From: a virus
Length of the DNA stretch: 64,000 bases
Strand: one strand, 5' to 3'
Virus record (IMG/VR): IMGVR_UViG_3300045740_000123
Span: 1 to 64,000 of that record
Position numbers and translations under genes: made by a program. Positions 28,691 through 37,872 of this stretch are shown piece after piece; position 1 is the first letter of the stretch; each line of letters begins with the position of its first letter. The notes below the pieces were generated by a model. The model saw only the letters and a list, made by a program, of their open reading frames with translations. It made no database searches and was not told the DNA's origin.

Positions 28691-30558
28691 ATACCAATGC
28701 CAAACTGTTTAAGAACTGATTGGGGATCGCGTCCCTCAATTGTAGCTCGACGTAATGCTTCGCTTACTTCCAGGGAGCGGCGTTTTTGTTCTGGTGTCGA
28801 TTTTATTGCCGTTTCAAATTCTGGGTAGCTACCACGGCGTAATGTCATCTTAGTTTCTTCGCGTTGTAAAGCAGTTGGACGAAGTTCAACATCAGCAATT
28901 GGAAAATCACGTGGCTCTACGCCATAAATACCAATGGAAGAACCAGTTTGAGATTCAGGGTCATACATTGCATAAGTACGGCCGCCACCCGTTTTTTGTT
29001 CTTCTAATTGAACGGCGGGACGACCGGTACGAATCTCAAGAGTTTCAGCAATGGGCTCGCCTGTAGCAGGGTTTATTTCAAAGAAGGGACGAATACCTTC
29101 TTGTTTTTGTAGTGGTTTGTACTGTGTGCCAAGTGCTTCCAGGGAACTCATCCGATCGCGAACATAAGCGCGTTCTGCAAGCGCATCACCTAAATCAACA
29201 TCAATAGATTCTGGGTTAAGCGATTGCTTTTCATATAACATCTTATTGAGCAACTTGGTATAATAACCACCTTGCTCAGGTTCATCCGCTGCAGCAAACC
29301 TTAACTGTGGTTCAAGCTGGTCAATTTCTTCCAGGCGGTTAGCAATTGCTTGTTTTTGTTCTCCAAGCGCGGAGATGCGGTTGGTTAAATTAATATCTTC
29401 TTCAATTAAATCGCCAACAAACTCACCTTGGCCAGTAGGTTGATAGAACTTACGGGTTGGAATAGTTTCTTCCAAGAGTTCTGTTTGAACGCGTGGTTGA
29501 ACAACCAATGGGGATGACGGTGTTGCAGATAGGCGACTTAATACGGCTGGATCACCTGTGGATGCATACAGCTCAACAGCTTCTGCAATGGATGGATCCA
29601 TGCCCATGACACGTTCCCGGCGGTAACGCCCTGGGATAGTGGCACCTAATTCTTCAAACTTCGTCTGAAGGAAAGATTGTGCCTGCTCACGAGGGCTAAC
29701 AGCAGCAGCAGGAAGGAGGGGAATAGTTTGCTGCTGGTTAACTGCATCGGGAGGAACGGTTGCTTCGCCCCAGGGGTCAGCAATGTTGAGCTTTTTGATA
29801 ACACGACCGGTCAGTTGATCTTCTCCAGATTCAACTGCGTTAATGAATTGATCCGCTGCAGCGGGTGCCTGGATTTTTTGCAGATCAGTCAATGATGTTG
29901 ATGTTGTCCCAAGGCGTTCAGCTGCACTAAGAAGATCTTGTTGAGCAGCGATGCGACGTGCAGCCTGCACTTCAGGAGATGGTGGATATTTCTTTTCGAA
30001 TGCAGCAAGTGCGGCAGAGCGATAACCAGGCTCTGGTTGACGTTCCCGATAACCAACCCCATACACGCGAGAGGCGGCAGCAGGGAAATTTAACTCCTCT
30101 GCAGTGGGTTCAGGCAGTTTAGAAACTAACTGACGCTTATATTGCTCAAATGCTTCCTCCTCTGTCGGCATTACACTGCGACCAGCAACCTTCGATGGCG
30201 CAGGTGGTGGTGTAGAAGGTGCAGGTTCTGCAGCCACACGGCGAACAGCCTGCTCCATGTCCGCAAGATTGGCTTGGCGTACACCAGCGGTTGCAGATTT
30301 GGCTGGACCTTTCGGGATTTGTTGCCGCCGACTCAGTAATGCCTTCGCACCAAACCCCGCACCAGCCAATGCACCTAAGCCAAGTGCTGCTGCACCCAGG
30401 GCTGCAAGAGGATTTGAGCTTTCTTGCTGTGGTTTAAGTTGATTACGGCGAAATTCAAGCACTTCAGGCGCCATTTCCGCCCGTTCTTCCGGACTTTCGG
30501 GCACCGGAGCCCCTGTTGCACGGCTATAGGCGTAAAAATCAGCAGGAGACAGCGCCAT
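28687..30558 (-). CDS. large hypothetical virion-module protein
   Basis: 623-aa ORF, first gene of leftward block. Confidence 0.7.
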   Translation of the reverse strand: MALSPADFYAYSRATGAPVPESPEERAEMAPEVLEFRRNQLKPQQESSNPLAALGAAALGLGALAGAGFGAKALLSRRQQIPKGPAKSATAGVRQANLADMEQAVRRVAAEPAPSTPPPAPSKVAGRSVMPTEEEAFEQYKRQLVSKLPEPTAEELNFPAAASRVYGVGYRERQPEPGYRSAALAAFEKKYPPSPEVQAARRIAAQQDLLSAAERLGTTSTSLTDLQKIQAPAAADQFINAVESGEDQLTGRVIKKLNIADPWGEATVPPDAVNQQQTIPLLPAAAVSPREQAQSFLQTKFEELGATIPGRYRRERVMGMDPSIAEAVELYASTGDPAVLSRLSATPSSPLVVQPRVQTELLEETIPTRKFYQPTGQGEFVGDLIEEDINLTNRISALGEQKQAIANRLEEIDQLEPQLRFAAADEPEQGGYYTKLLNKMLYEKQSLNPESIDVDLGDALAERAYVRDRMSSLEALGTQYKPLQKQEGIRPFFEINPATGEPIAETLEIRTGRPAVQLEEQKTGGGRTYAMYDPESQTGSSIGIYGVEPRDFPIADVELRPTALQREETKMTLRRGSYPEFETAIKSTPEQKRRSLEVSEALRRATIEGRDPQSVLKQFGIGI

Positions 30559-30678
30559 ATCCTTTAATTACTGAAAAATATTCCTTTTATTCTTTGTATT
30601 CTACCTTTTGTCGTTTAAAAAGAGTAAATGTCTTGTAAACTAAAGAGATATAAAACGTCAATGCGTTTATCAAGGTAA

Positions 30679-30891
30679 ATGGACGCCGAACTCCGAGGAA
30701 ACCGCGACGCAGTAGAAGGTGCAATTGAGGAAAGCGCACGTAAAATGCTGGCGAACGGTTCGAATCCTTTCGAAGTACAAAACTATCGGACGGAAAAGCG
30801 CCAGGAATTAGCTCGTGCTATACCTGATACACAGAAATATGCGCAGGCAACCAACCTTGCTGCACAATTTATTCAAAAGAAAGCAGCATAG
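30679..30891 (+). CDS. hypothetical protein
   Basis: 70-aa ORF with AAGG upstream, followed by terminator. Confidence 0.6.
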   Translation: MDAELRGNRDAVEGAIEESARKMLANGSNPFEVQNYRTEKRQELARAIPDTQKYAQATNLAAQFIQKKAA

Positions 30892-30919
30892 TACATAACA
30901 AAACACATAAAACGTAAGC

Positions 30920-30946
30920 GCCGAGGGTAATACCTCGGCTTTTTTG
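30920..30946 (+). terminator. rho-independent terminator
   Basis: GCCGAGG-GTAATA-CCTCGGC then T-run. Confidence 0.8.
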
Positions 30947-31364
30947 TCTGAATTTTTGGGCTAACTAGGGAAAATCGGTACAAAATTAGGGTTTTAGCAT
31001 TTTATTGGCTTTTTTGTTTAAAAGAATGGCCCCATAGCATCCAAATAGGGTATAAAATTACCTGACGCTTCTCCCACCGCCCAACCGGCAGAGTTGCTGG
31101 AGAGAAAAAAGAAAGCGTGGGGTAGATTACCAAGGGTAAGCGAGAGTAACCTAATGAGTTTTTAATAGTGTGAATATAGAAGACGACGAATGTGGGCTGT
31201 AATCACACGAAACACCCACGAAACGTCGCTTAGTATACTATTAACTACGGTAATTAGGTAGGAAATCCACGCGTTCTTAGTCTGCATATAAGACAGTGTG
31301 TATCTAACTGGATGATCGGGGGCTGCGCATCCGAACCACGCAGACGTTCCACAGCAACTCAGCC

Positions 31365-31553
31365 ATGCTTTTCTACGTCACAACGTCAGATGTTTACTGC
31401 GACGACTTCGCACCTGAATACACCACCAAATTCTTCAGAACACGTGAGGCTCTTGAGGCTTACGTTGTGACTCTTGAAGATGATGAGGTGCATTCAATGG
31501 GCGAATTAACTGAGCAGCAGCAGGAGCATTACTCCCAGCTGATTCCATTCTGA
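31365..31553 (+). CDS. small early protein
   Basis: 62-aa ORF after C/A-rich leader. Confidence 0.55.
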   Translation: MLFYVTTSDVYCDDFAPEYTTKFFRTREALEAYVVTLEDDEVHSMGELTEQQQEHYSQLIPF

Positions 31554-31793
31554 GTACCAGGCGTGATGCCGGGGGATCGAATCCCCCACTCAGCATTGCC
31601 ACACTCACGTGGCATCCACTCAACGCAACATGATTCGCCAGCGATTGTCCCAGCTCCTTGCTGTCGCCGCAGTCAAGGTAGCTCAAGACCAAACTCCTGA
31701 GAAGATCAAAGCTCAGCTCAATGTGCGTCGTGAAGCATTGGCCGTCGAGGTCAATGGTTACCGCAACGCACTGGCCAACCTCATCGCAGCTAA

Positions 31794-32060
31794 ATGACCA
31801 TGCAAGAAGCTATTAAGTCTCCAGTGATGATTTACGAGCCAGAACGTCCACGGGGCTATCGAGTCACGTGGTATGGCGGTGAATCAACCTATCTGCATTT
31901 CGAACGTTACCGTTATCCTCAAGATGATTGGTATGAAGAGAGTGTACAGTCTCTGTGCATGAACTTCCCAACAGGCGTCAAGGAACTGTATCAAGCCATG
32001 CTTGAGTTTTATGACGCCTCAATCCTTGAGGAGATGGAGAAGTTCGCACGCAGAACATAA
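31794..32060 (+). CDS. hypothetical early protein
   Basis: 88-aa ORF. Confidence 0.55.
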   Translation: MTMQEAIKSPVMIYEPERPRGYRVTWYGGESTYLHFERYRYPQDDWYEESVQSLCMNFPTGVKELYQAMLEFYDASILEEMEKFARRT

Positions 32061-32135
32061 GATTCTTGCTCTAAGGGGCTACGGCCCTTTACTGCAGGAC
32101 TCAACTCCTGCTTCGTTCAACTCAACTCAAGTCAA

Positions 32136-32531
32136 ATGTCTGACTACAAGAAGCTGCCTGACTTCCAGCAAACCGTACTGCACGGACGTATTGCTCACAT
32201 GGAGGTGGCTGAGTACCAGGATCGCAAGTTCCTTGCTGTATCCCTGGTGCACACCATCTCCGAAACAGCAGATCTCCGTATCAAGTTCACCAACAGCAAC
32301 GGGTTGCTTACGGCATACAACAATGGCACTCTTGTCGTAGGGCAAGAGCTGACCATCAGCGGTACCATCAGAGGCATTCGTGCCTTCTACATGAAGGAAG
32401 ATGTCCTGACTCCGCTCAAGATGCCGGAAGTGCAATTCCGTTGCATGAGTTATGCCTTTGGTTCCAAGCCTCAGCCCAAGGCAGAGGTCACACCAATGGC
32501 AGAACCTACGCTGGAAGAGATTCCCTTCTGA
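32136..32531 (+). CDS. SSB-like OB-fold protein
   Basis: TVLHGRI...VGQELTISG.I and acidic EEIPF C-terminus. Confidence 0.6.
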   Translation: MSDYKKLPDFQQTVLHGRIAHMEVAEYQDRKFLAVSLVHTISETADLRIKFTNSNGLLTAYNNGTLVVGQELTISGTIRGIRAFYMKEDVLTPLKMPEVQFRCMSYAFGSKPQPKAEVTPMAEPTLEEIPF

Positions 32532-33161
32532 CTGATCCCTGCACTTAACCCTTCCTTCCTGATACGAATTCGTATCGGACGGTGGGTTTTCTGCAGGCAT
32601 CTCGCCTGCTAGTCCACATTCCAACTCACATGACTCAACATGAAACACACAACACGTCTTGGACCCAACCGTTACATCAGACTTGATTCTTACGGTGAGT
32701 CCCGTCAAAATCGCCGTACCAACTTCCTTTGCACACTCTTCATCATTGCCATCGTGGCAATCACAGGTGGCGCAATGGTCGGCGTTGACATCACTGATCC
32801 AAACCTCTATCTCAACCAACAGAACAATGGGAATACACGTAGCCCTGGTCGCTGATCAAAGCGGTCGTTACGCCCATGTCTGGGGCACTGCACGGACCTT
32901 CAATCAATTCCACGAGCAACTCGAAGACATTGGCTGCGAGGTGATCGAGGATCAATCGAATGAATGGGACGGCTGCACCAGAGATGAAATTGCTGAGGAC
33001 TGCCTGTCAGTGCATCAGCTGCTCAACGACTCGGACTTCATCCCGCACGACTGACTACATCTGGTGTCCCGCAGACAGACCACGCTACGGCTGGTACTTG
33101 CATCCATGTATGTACCAGCTATTCTCTACCTGCATCCACTGCACTCATCTCAACCAAAGAC

Positions 33162-33668
33162 ATGGAAGCTCTTAGCCAACTCGATGTCACTGCACCAGAT
33201 CATGTCTCTGTCATTACCAGGGACGGCAAGGTGACGATCTCGGTGCTGAAGGATGGAACCTCAGTCACTCTGGGATTTCCTATCCGAACACCGTGGAATG
33301 AGTCAACTCCCCGTCCCCCTCTGCAGCAGACATCACCACAGGCTCAAGGCCGTGGGATGACCAAGGAAGAAGGCCTTGCTTATCTGCAGAAGCTCGCAGA
33401 TCAAGATCGTGCAAAGGCTACGACAACCACACGGATCAAACCTGTGGGTGCTCCTGGTACTACACATACGCGTTATCGCGGTCCTGTACCAAAGCTCACA
33501 CCCATTCATGTACGTGAGATCAAACAACTCATCAACGATGAGAAGTACATGGGTGGATGGACAAGCAAAACTCAGGCGTACCAAGCCATTGGTCGCCGTT
33601 ACAACGTGACAGGCTGCGCGATCAGTAATATCGCACGCGGTATTGCCTGGAGCGATATCAAAGTCTGA
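33162..33668 (+). CDS. hypothetical protein with C-terminal HTH
   Basis: KLT...VREIK...AIGRRYNVT..AISNIARG.AW. Confidence 0.6.
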   Translation: MEALSQLDVTAPDHVSVITRDGKVTISVLKDGTSVTLGFPIRTPWNESTPRPPLQQTSPQAQGRGMTKEEGLAYLQKLADQDRAKATTTTRIKPVGAPGTTHTRYRGPVPKLTPIHVREIKQLINDEKYMGGWTSKTQAYQAIGRRYNVTGCAISNIARGIAWSDIKV

Positions 33669-34022
33669 CACGCACAACCTGGGCCTCCACTCTTGAGAAC
33701 TCTTCTCAATAAGTGGTATAAGTCCCAGGACAAACACTCACTTCACTCAATTCAAACCATCACAAACATTGACATGCTCCAAGAAGATGCCATGTTCCCT
33801 TGGCTTGCCGATGGATCAATGGCAGATCTTGACAACAACTACAACGCAGACTTGCTCGATGCCATGGCTGATCAGTTCGAAGAACAAGAAGAAGCCATGC
33901 GTGAATCAGATCCACAAGAATGGGAGGGCTACGATGACGAATCGTAAGCACGAGGATGACATCTTCATCCACATTCTTGTCATCATTTCAATCCTCATTG
34001 AAACATTCATCGACGCAATCAA

Positions 34023-34391
34023 ATGTCTTACATCTCTGAACTCCAAAAGTTCTACCCCAAAACCTACAAAGCTCGTCTCGCCATCCAGCGATACGACACC
34101 CACATCGAATGGGAACATGAAGTCCCAACGACTGTCACCGTCCACGAAACCACGCTCAACTACGGCGGTCCAGAAGAAGGTGGTTGGTACTACCAAGCAG
34201 GACTCCCAGTCCTCACCCACTGCATCTTCTCCAAGAAGCAAGCGGTCCAAACCTTCATCCAATACTTCGACGAGTACGAGATCGCAGACCAGCCAAGCCT
34301 CGGGCTCTCGACGACGTACCACAACTACGAAGTCAACTTCGCCAACGGATACGCTACTGTCTATCCCGAATCTAGACCTCACTACTGCTAA
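34023..34391 (+). CDS. hypothetical protein
   Basis: 122-aa ORF with YGGPEEGGWYY. Confidence 0.6.
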   Translation: MSYISELQKFYPKTYKARLAIQRYDTHIEWEHEVPTTVTVHETTLNYGGPEEGGWYYQAGLPVLTHCIFSKKQAVQTFIQYFDEYEIADQPSLGLSTTYHNYEVNFANGYATVYPESRPHYC

Positions 34392-34705
34392 TGGAAACAG
34401 CCGAAGGCTGCAATCAAATCATGGAAGCAGCATCGAAAGAAGACGTGTTGACGATGCAGACAACACAATCATTGCCTCAGGTTCGAGGACTAACCATCAA
34501 TCAACGCAACATTTATCTTTACTTCTTGGCACACAAGAAGAAGCATAAGAACACTCCGTGTTATGTACCACGGTGTTCAACACAAGTATCTCGGCTTGAT
34601 CAATATCTCAACGCATTGGTCAAGCTGGAACAATACGGTTTGATGCGTGTAGACAGAACCAGTGATAACTACACTGGCTGGATCATGCTCGAACCAAAGA
34701 ACTAA
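34391..34705 (+). CDS. hypothetical protein, possible winged helix
   Basis: LTINQRNIYLY...YLNALVKLEQYGLMRV. Confidence 0.5.
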   Translation: METAEGCNQIMEAASKEDVLTMQTTQSLPQVRGLTINQRNIYLYFLAHKKKHKNTPCYVPRCSTQVSRLDQYLNALVKLEQYGLMRVDRTSDNYTGWIMLEPKN

Positions 34706-35593
34706 TCCTCTACGTCATATAACACTTCCGTTATACAAGCAATAATCAAACCTGGGCATCACCGACGTAAGTACTGTGTGTAAGTCCCAGGGTTTAATCC
34801 AACCTCCACTCAATTCATCATGGATCAAAACGAGTATTACTACCTTGCAGAAGTTCACTCCATCTTGAAGAATGTGCTGGCTCGCGAGAGCAAGCGCCAT
34901 GAGATGGACGAACATCTTGCACCACACGCCAAAGGTGTAGTCGAAGAGATCATCACCATGCTGGAGGAAGAACTCGACTATGACCCAACTCCAAATGAAC
35001 CAGGTGAACCACCCATCACTGCTGCAGAAATGCACGCAGCTGCATGGAAGGAGCACCAGGCTATGCACTCATAAATCAACTGATATCTAGGTCAGCCCCC
35101 TGGACCCCCGGAGGGGAGTACCAGGGGGATACCTTTAGTTCTATAAGAAACTATTATCTATCAACCCTAAATCAATCCTTGACAACCCTGGTAGACTTCC
35201 ATCACTAATCACCTACTCAACTCATGTCTAACAACAAACCAATCATCCCCAACTCCGTAGATCCTCAAAAGCTTCAGTTCATGCAACTGACTGCAAAGAT
35301 GAAAGAATCTGCAGACAAATATGGCATGGGATTCATCGGGGGCTTTGTTGCCCCCGATGGAGAAGTCTTCTACATGTCAAATATGAATGATGAAGACACC
35401 CAGGCATTACTCCCTGATCAACTCAAATGAAACAAGTTATTTACAAGGAGATCATTAGTATTGATGGCAGGGAATATACAGTTAGCAACTGTGATTATTC
35501 CGAATCAATTTATGAACTAATCCATGACAATATCTTGGAAGATGATAACCAAGAAATTGTCAATCACATTGTTGATGACATTGTTAATTCACA

Positions 35594-35791
35594 ATGACTA
35601 AACGATCCATCATCAGTTTTGATCGCACTATCCATGGTGTGAACATCACCGAACACGGTGTTAAATCACTGACTAAAGCAATCAAGCTTGGGCCATTCCA
35701 ACTGACACTCAATGCCAATCCCAATGGCATCAAAGGATCAGTCAGTATCCCTGGCACTGGACTAAGTATTCCAAACATTAAATTAATCTAA
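35594..35791 (+). CDS. DUF4236-like small protein
   Basis: KAIKLGPFQLTLN...GIKGSVSIPGTGLS. Confidence 0.55.
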   Translation: MTKRSIISFDRTIHGVNITEHGVKSLTKAIKLGPFQLTLNANPNGIKGSVSIPGTGLSIPNIKLI

Positions 35792-36395
35792 AGAACTGGG
35801 CGTCTGTACTTGTTGTGCAAACAGCACAGAAGGAGGCAGTATAAGTCCCAGCTTCTGTCCACCTACTCAACTCAAACCATGTCACTTTATCTCGACGAAC
35901 TCACTCTGTTTGATCGCATCAACCTCGCTGCCTGCGCCATGCGCAGAGCATCGGAGAACACACTTGACGGCGATCGATTTCATGGAGAGTACAACAGTGC
36001 TCGTGCATGGAACAAGTACAAGTGTGTCATCACCAAAACGTATTCCTACGTGGATGAAGACTAATGACTAATCACTGTTCAGTACTTGCCATCGAAGATG
36101 CTCAATTCACTGACACTCATGTCACAGTTACAGCTCTTGTTGACGAAATGCGCCTACTCTATCGGGCGACTCGCTTCGATCCTGAAGAGTGGGCTCCTGC
36201 ATTGTGTACAGCAACTGTCGAACTGGATCCAGAGGAACCAATCCCTCTTGATGAAGATGGCTTCTGTACCTATCTTGATCACCTCGATCCTCAATGGCAA
36301 CTCGTTGACATGAGTGACGACTAATCAACTCACTCTAAATTAAACCTACGTCCTGGACATGACGTTAAACTGTCCATTTACTTTAGCTATCAATC

Positions 36396-36665
36396 ATGAA
36401 ACACCTGCTTTCATTGCTTGCACTCAACTTCCTTGTTGTACTGCCAGCTAATGCACAATGGGCCATGACATGTACCAGGGACCCAAACTCATCTGTCAAC
36501 CTACGCAACGGTCCATCCAAGAACAACACCATCATCGCCTCCATTCCAAACAGTCAATACCTCCGCGCATTGGACTGGGTATGGGGCGGTGATCAAGTCC
36601 GTTGGTACCGTGTCGAATACAACGGTCTTGTTGGTTGGATGCGTTCTGATTACCTCTGCCGATGA
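36396..36665 (+). CDS. secreted SH3b-domain protein
   Basis: Signal peptide (..PANA), VNLRNGPS...IIASIPN, WYRVEYNGLVGWMRSDYL. Confidence 0.85.
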   Translation: MKHLLSLLALNFLVVLPANAQWAMTCTRDPNSSVNLRNGPSKNNTIIASIPNSQYLRALDWVWGGDQVRWYRVEYNGLVGWMRSDYLCR

Positions 36666-37063
36666 CAAAGAAGATCATTCTTGGTATCGCTGTCTTCATT
36701 GGTTTCATCATTGCTTGCGCTGGTGTAGCAACTATGCAAATGGTCATGGGTTCTTTGATACCCAATAACCAGCCTGATCCAGACGGCAAGCTTGAACCTG
36801 ATCCTCAGGAGAAATCCAAACAGGAATGGGAAACCAAGCTCAAAGAAGACGGACAATCAGAGTCATCCACTAAACAGGAGCCAACACCACAACCAACGGA
36901 ATCCACACCGCAACAAACACCACTTGTTGTTGAGCAGCCTGTTGCACCGCAACCAGTTCCTGCTCCGCCACCACCACGTGCCCTGACAACAGGTCCTGGT
37001 AACTTTGATGCACCTCCTGCATACTACGCACCGTCTGGCGCCACTGGCCCAGGCAATATGTAA
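36662..37063 (+). CDS. membrane-anchored Pro-rich protein
   Basis: N-terminal TM helix, P/Q/T-rich tail. Confidence 0.65.
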   Translation: MTKKIILGIAVFIGFIIACAGVATMQMVMGSLIPNNQPDPDGKLEPDPQEKSKQEWETKLKEDGQSESSTKQEPTPQPTESTPQQTPLVVEQPVAPQPVPAPPPPRALTTGPGNFDAPPAYYAPSGATGPGNM

Positions 37064-37066
37064 CTC

Positions 37067-37807
37067 ATGAAACTCAGAATGATTGCACTCATCTCAGCCA
37101 TTGTTGGCAGCAGTTCTGCTGTTGCAGTACATACTGTCAACAACATGATTGCTCATCACAATGAACAGCAAGATCACCTGCGTTCATTGATGTATGCACA
37201 ACCACTGGAGCAAGGGCCTGGTGACATGGCTCTCGCCGTACCAGATGGGATGCTTCCCCTGGATGCAACACCCACTCCTGGTGCGCCTCCTGAGCCAGGC
37301 TCCGAGCGACCTGTCATTCAATTCAAGAACAACATCATCCTGCCAACGCCAAGCAAGCGGCCATCCGCAAAGCTGCTGCTGATTCGCACCAATGAAACCG
37401 TTAAGCAAACCAAGGATCCAATCTGGAAACTACAGTTGGTTGCCAACGGTCAAGTCCTGGACAGCATGCCTGCATTAACAGGACGTGCCTCGAAGCAAAC
37501 AGCGAATCGCAACATTGCTGGCAACAAATCACCATTGCCTAAAGGCACATACTCCATCGATCGGTACGGCATTGCCCGTGCACCATTCGATGATCCAGAA
37601 CTTGGTAAAGGATTCTGGGTACCAGTGATTCCTTTGTTCAACACCAATCGTTCAGCCCTTGGCTTCCACCAAGATCCAAGCTGGGGCAAACTCAATGGTG
37701 AGTCCGGTACCAGTGGATGCATTGGTCTGGAATCACCTGAGGCCACAGCAAAGCTGGTTGAATGGATCAAACATTACAACATTCAATTGTTAACAGTTGA
37801 ATCGTAA
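37067..37807 (+). CDS. L,D-transpeptidase-like (YkuD-type) exported protein
   Basis: PLPKGTY, GFH....SGTSGCIGL catalytic-type motif; hydrophobic N-terminus. Confidence 0.7.
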   Translation: MKLRMIALISAIVGSSSAVAVHTVNNMIAHHNEQQDHLRSLMYAQPLEQGPGDMALAVPDGMLPLDATPTPGAPPEPGSERPVIQFKNNIILPTPSKRPSAKLLLIRTNETVKQTKDPIWKLQLVANGQVLDSMPALTGRASKQTANRNIAGNKSPLPKGTYSIDRYGIARAPFDDPELGKGFWVPVIPLFNTNRSALGFHQDPSWGKLNGESGTSGCIGLESPEATAKLVEWIKHYNIQLLTVES

Positions 37808-37872
37808 TGTCATCACGTCCTGAGCACGACGTTAAACTGCTCACCACTACGAACCAACTACGAACTCAACTC

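Larger units (their letters stand above)
33678..35851 (+). repeat. three copies of CTGGGC-(variable stem)-TRTAAGTCCCAG leader element
   Basis: 33678-33729, 34751-34791, 35796-35851; all intergenic and upstream of ORFs. Confidence 0.75.

Noticed and set aside
30753-30772. GGTTCGAATCC T-loop-like sequence
   Set aside because: Inside a coding ORF with no cloverleaf around it.
33769-34548. 259-aa Ser/Thr-rich ORF
   Set aside because: Most of it overlaps better ORFs (34023, 34391) in other frames; probably only a short part, if any, is real.
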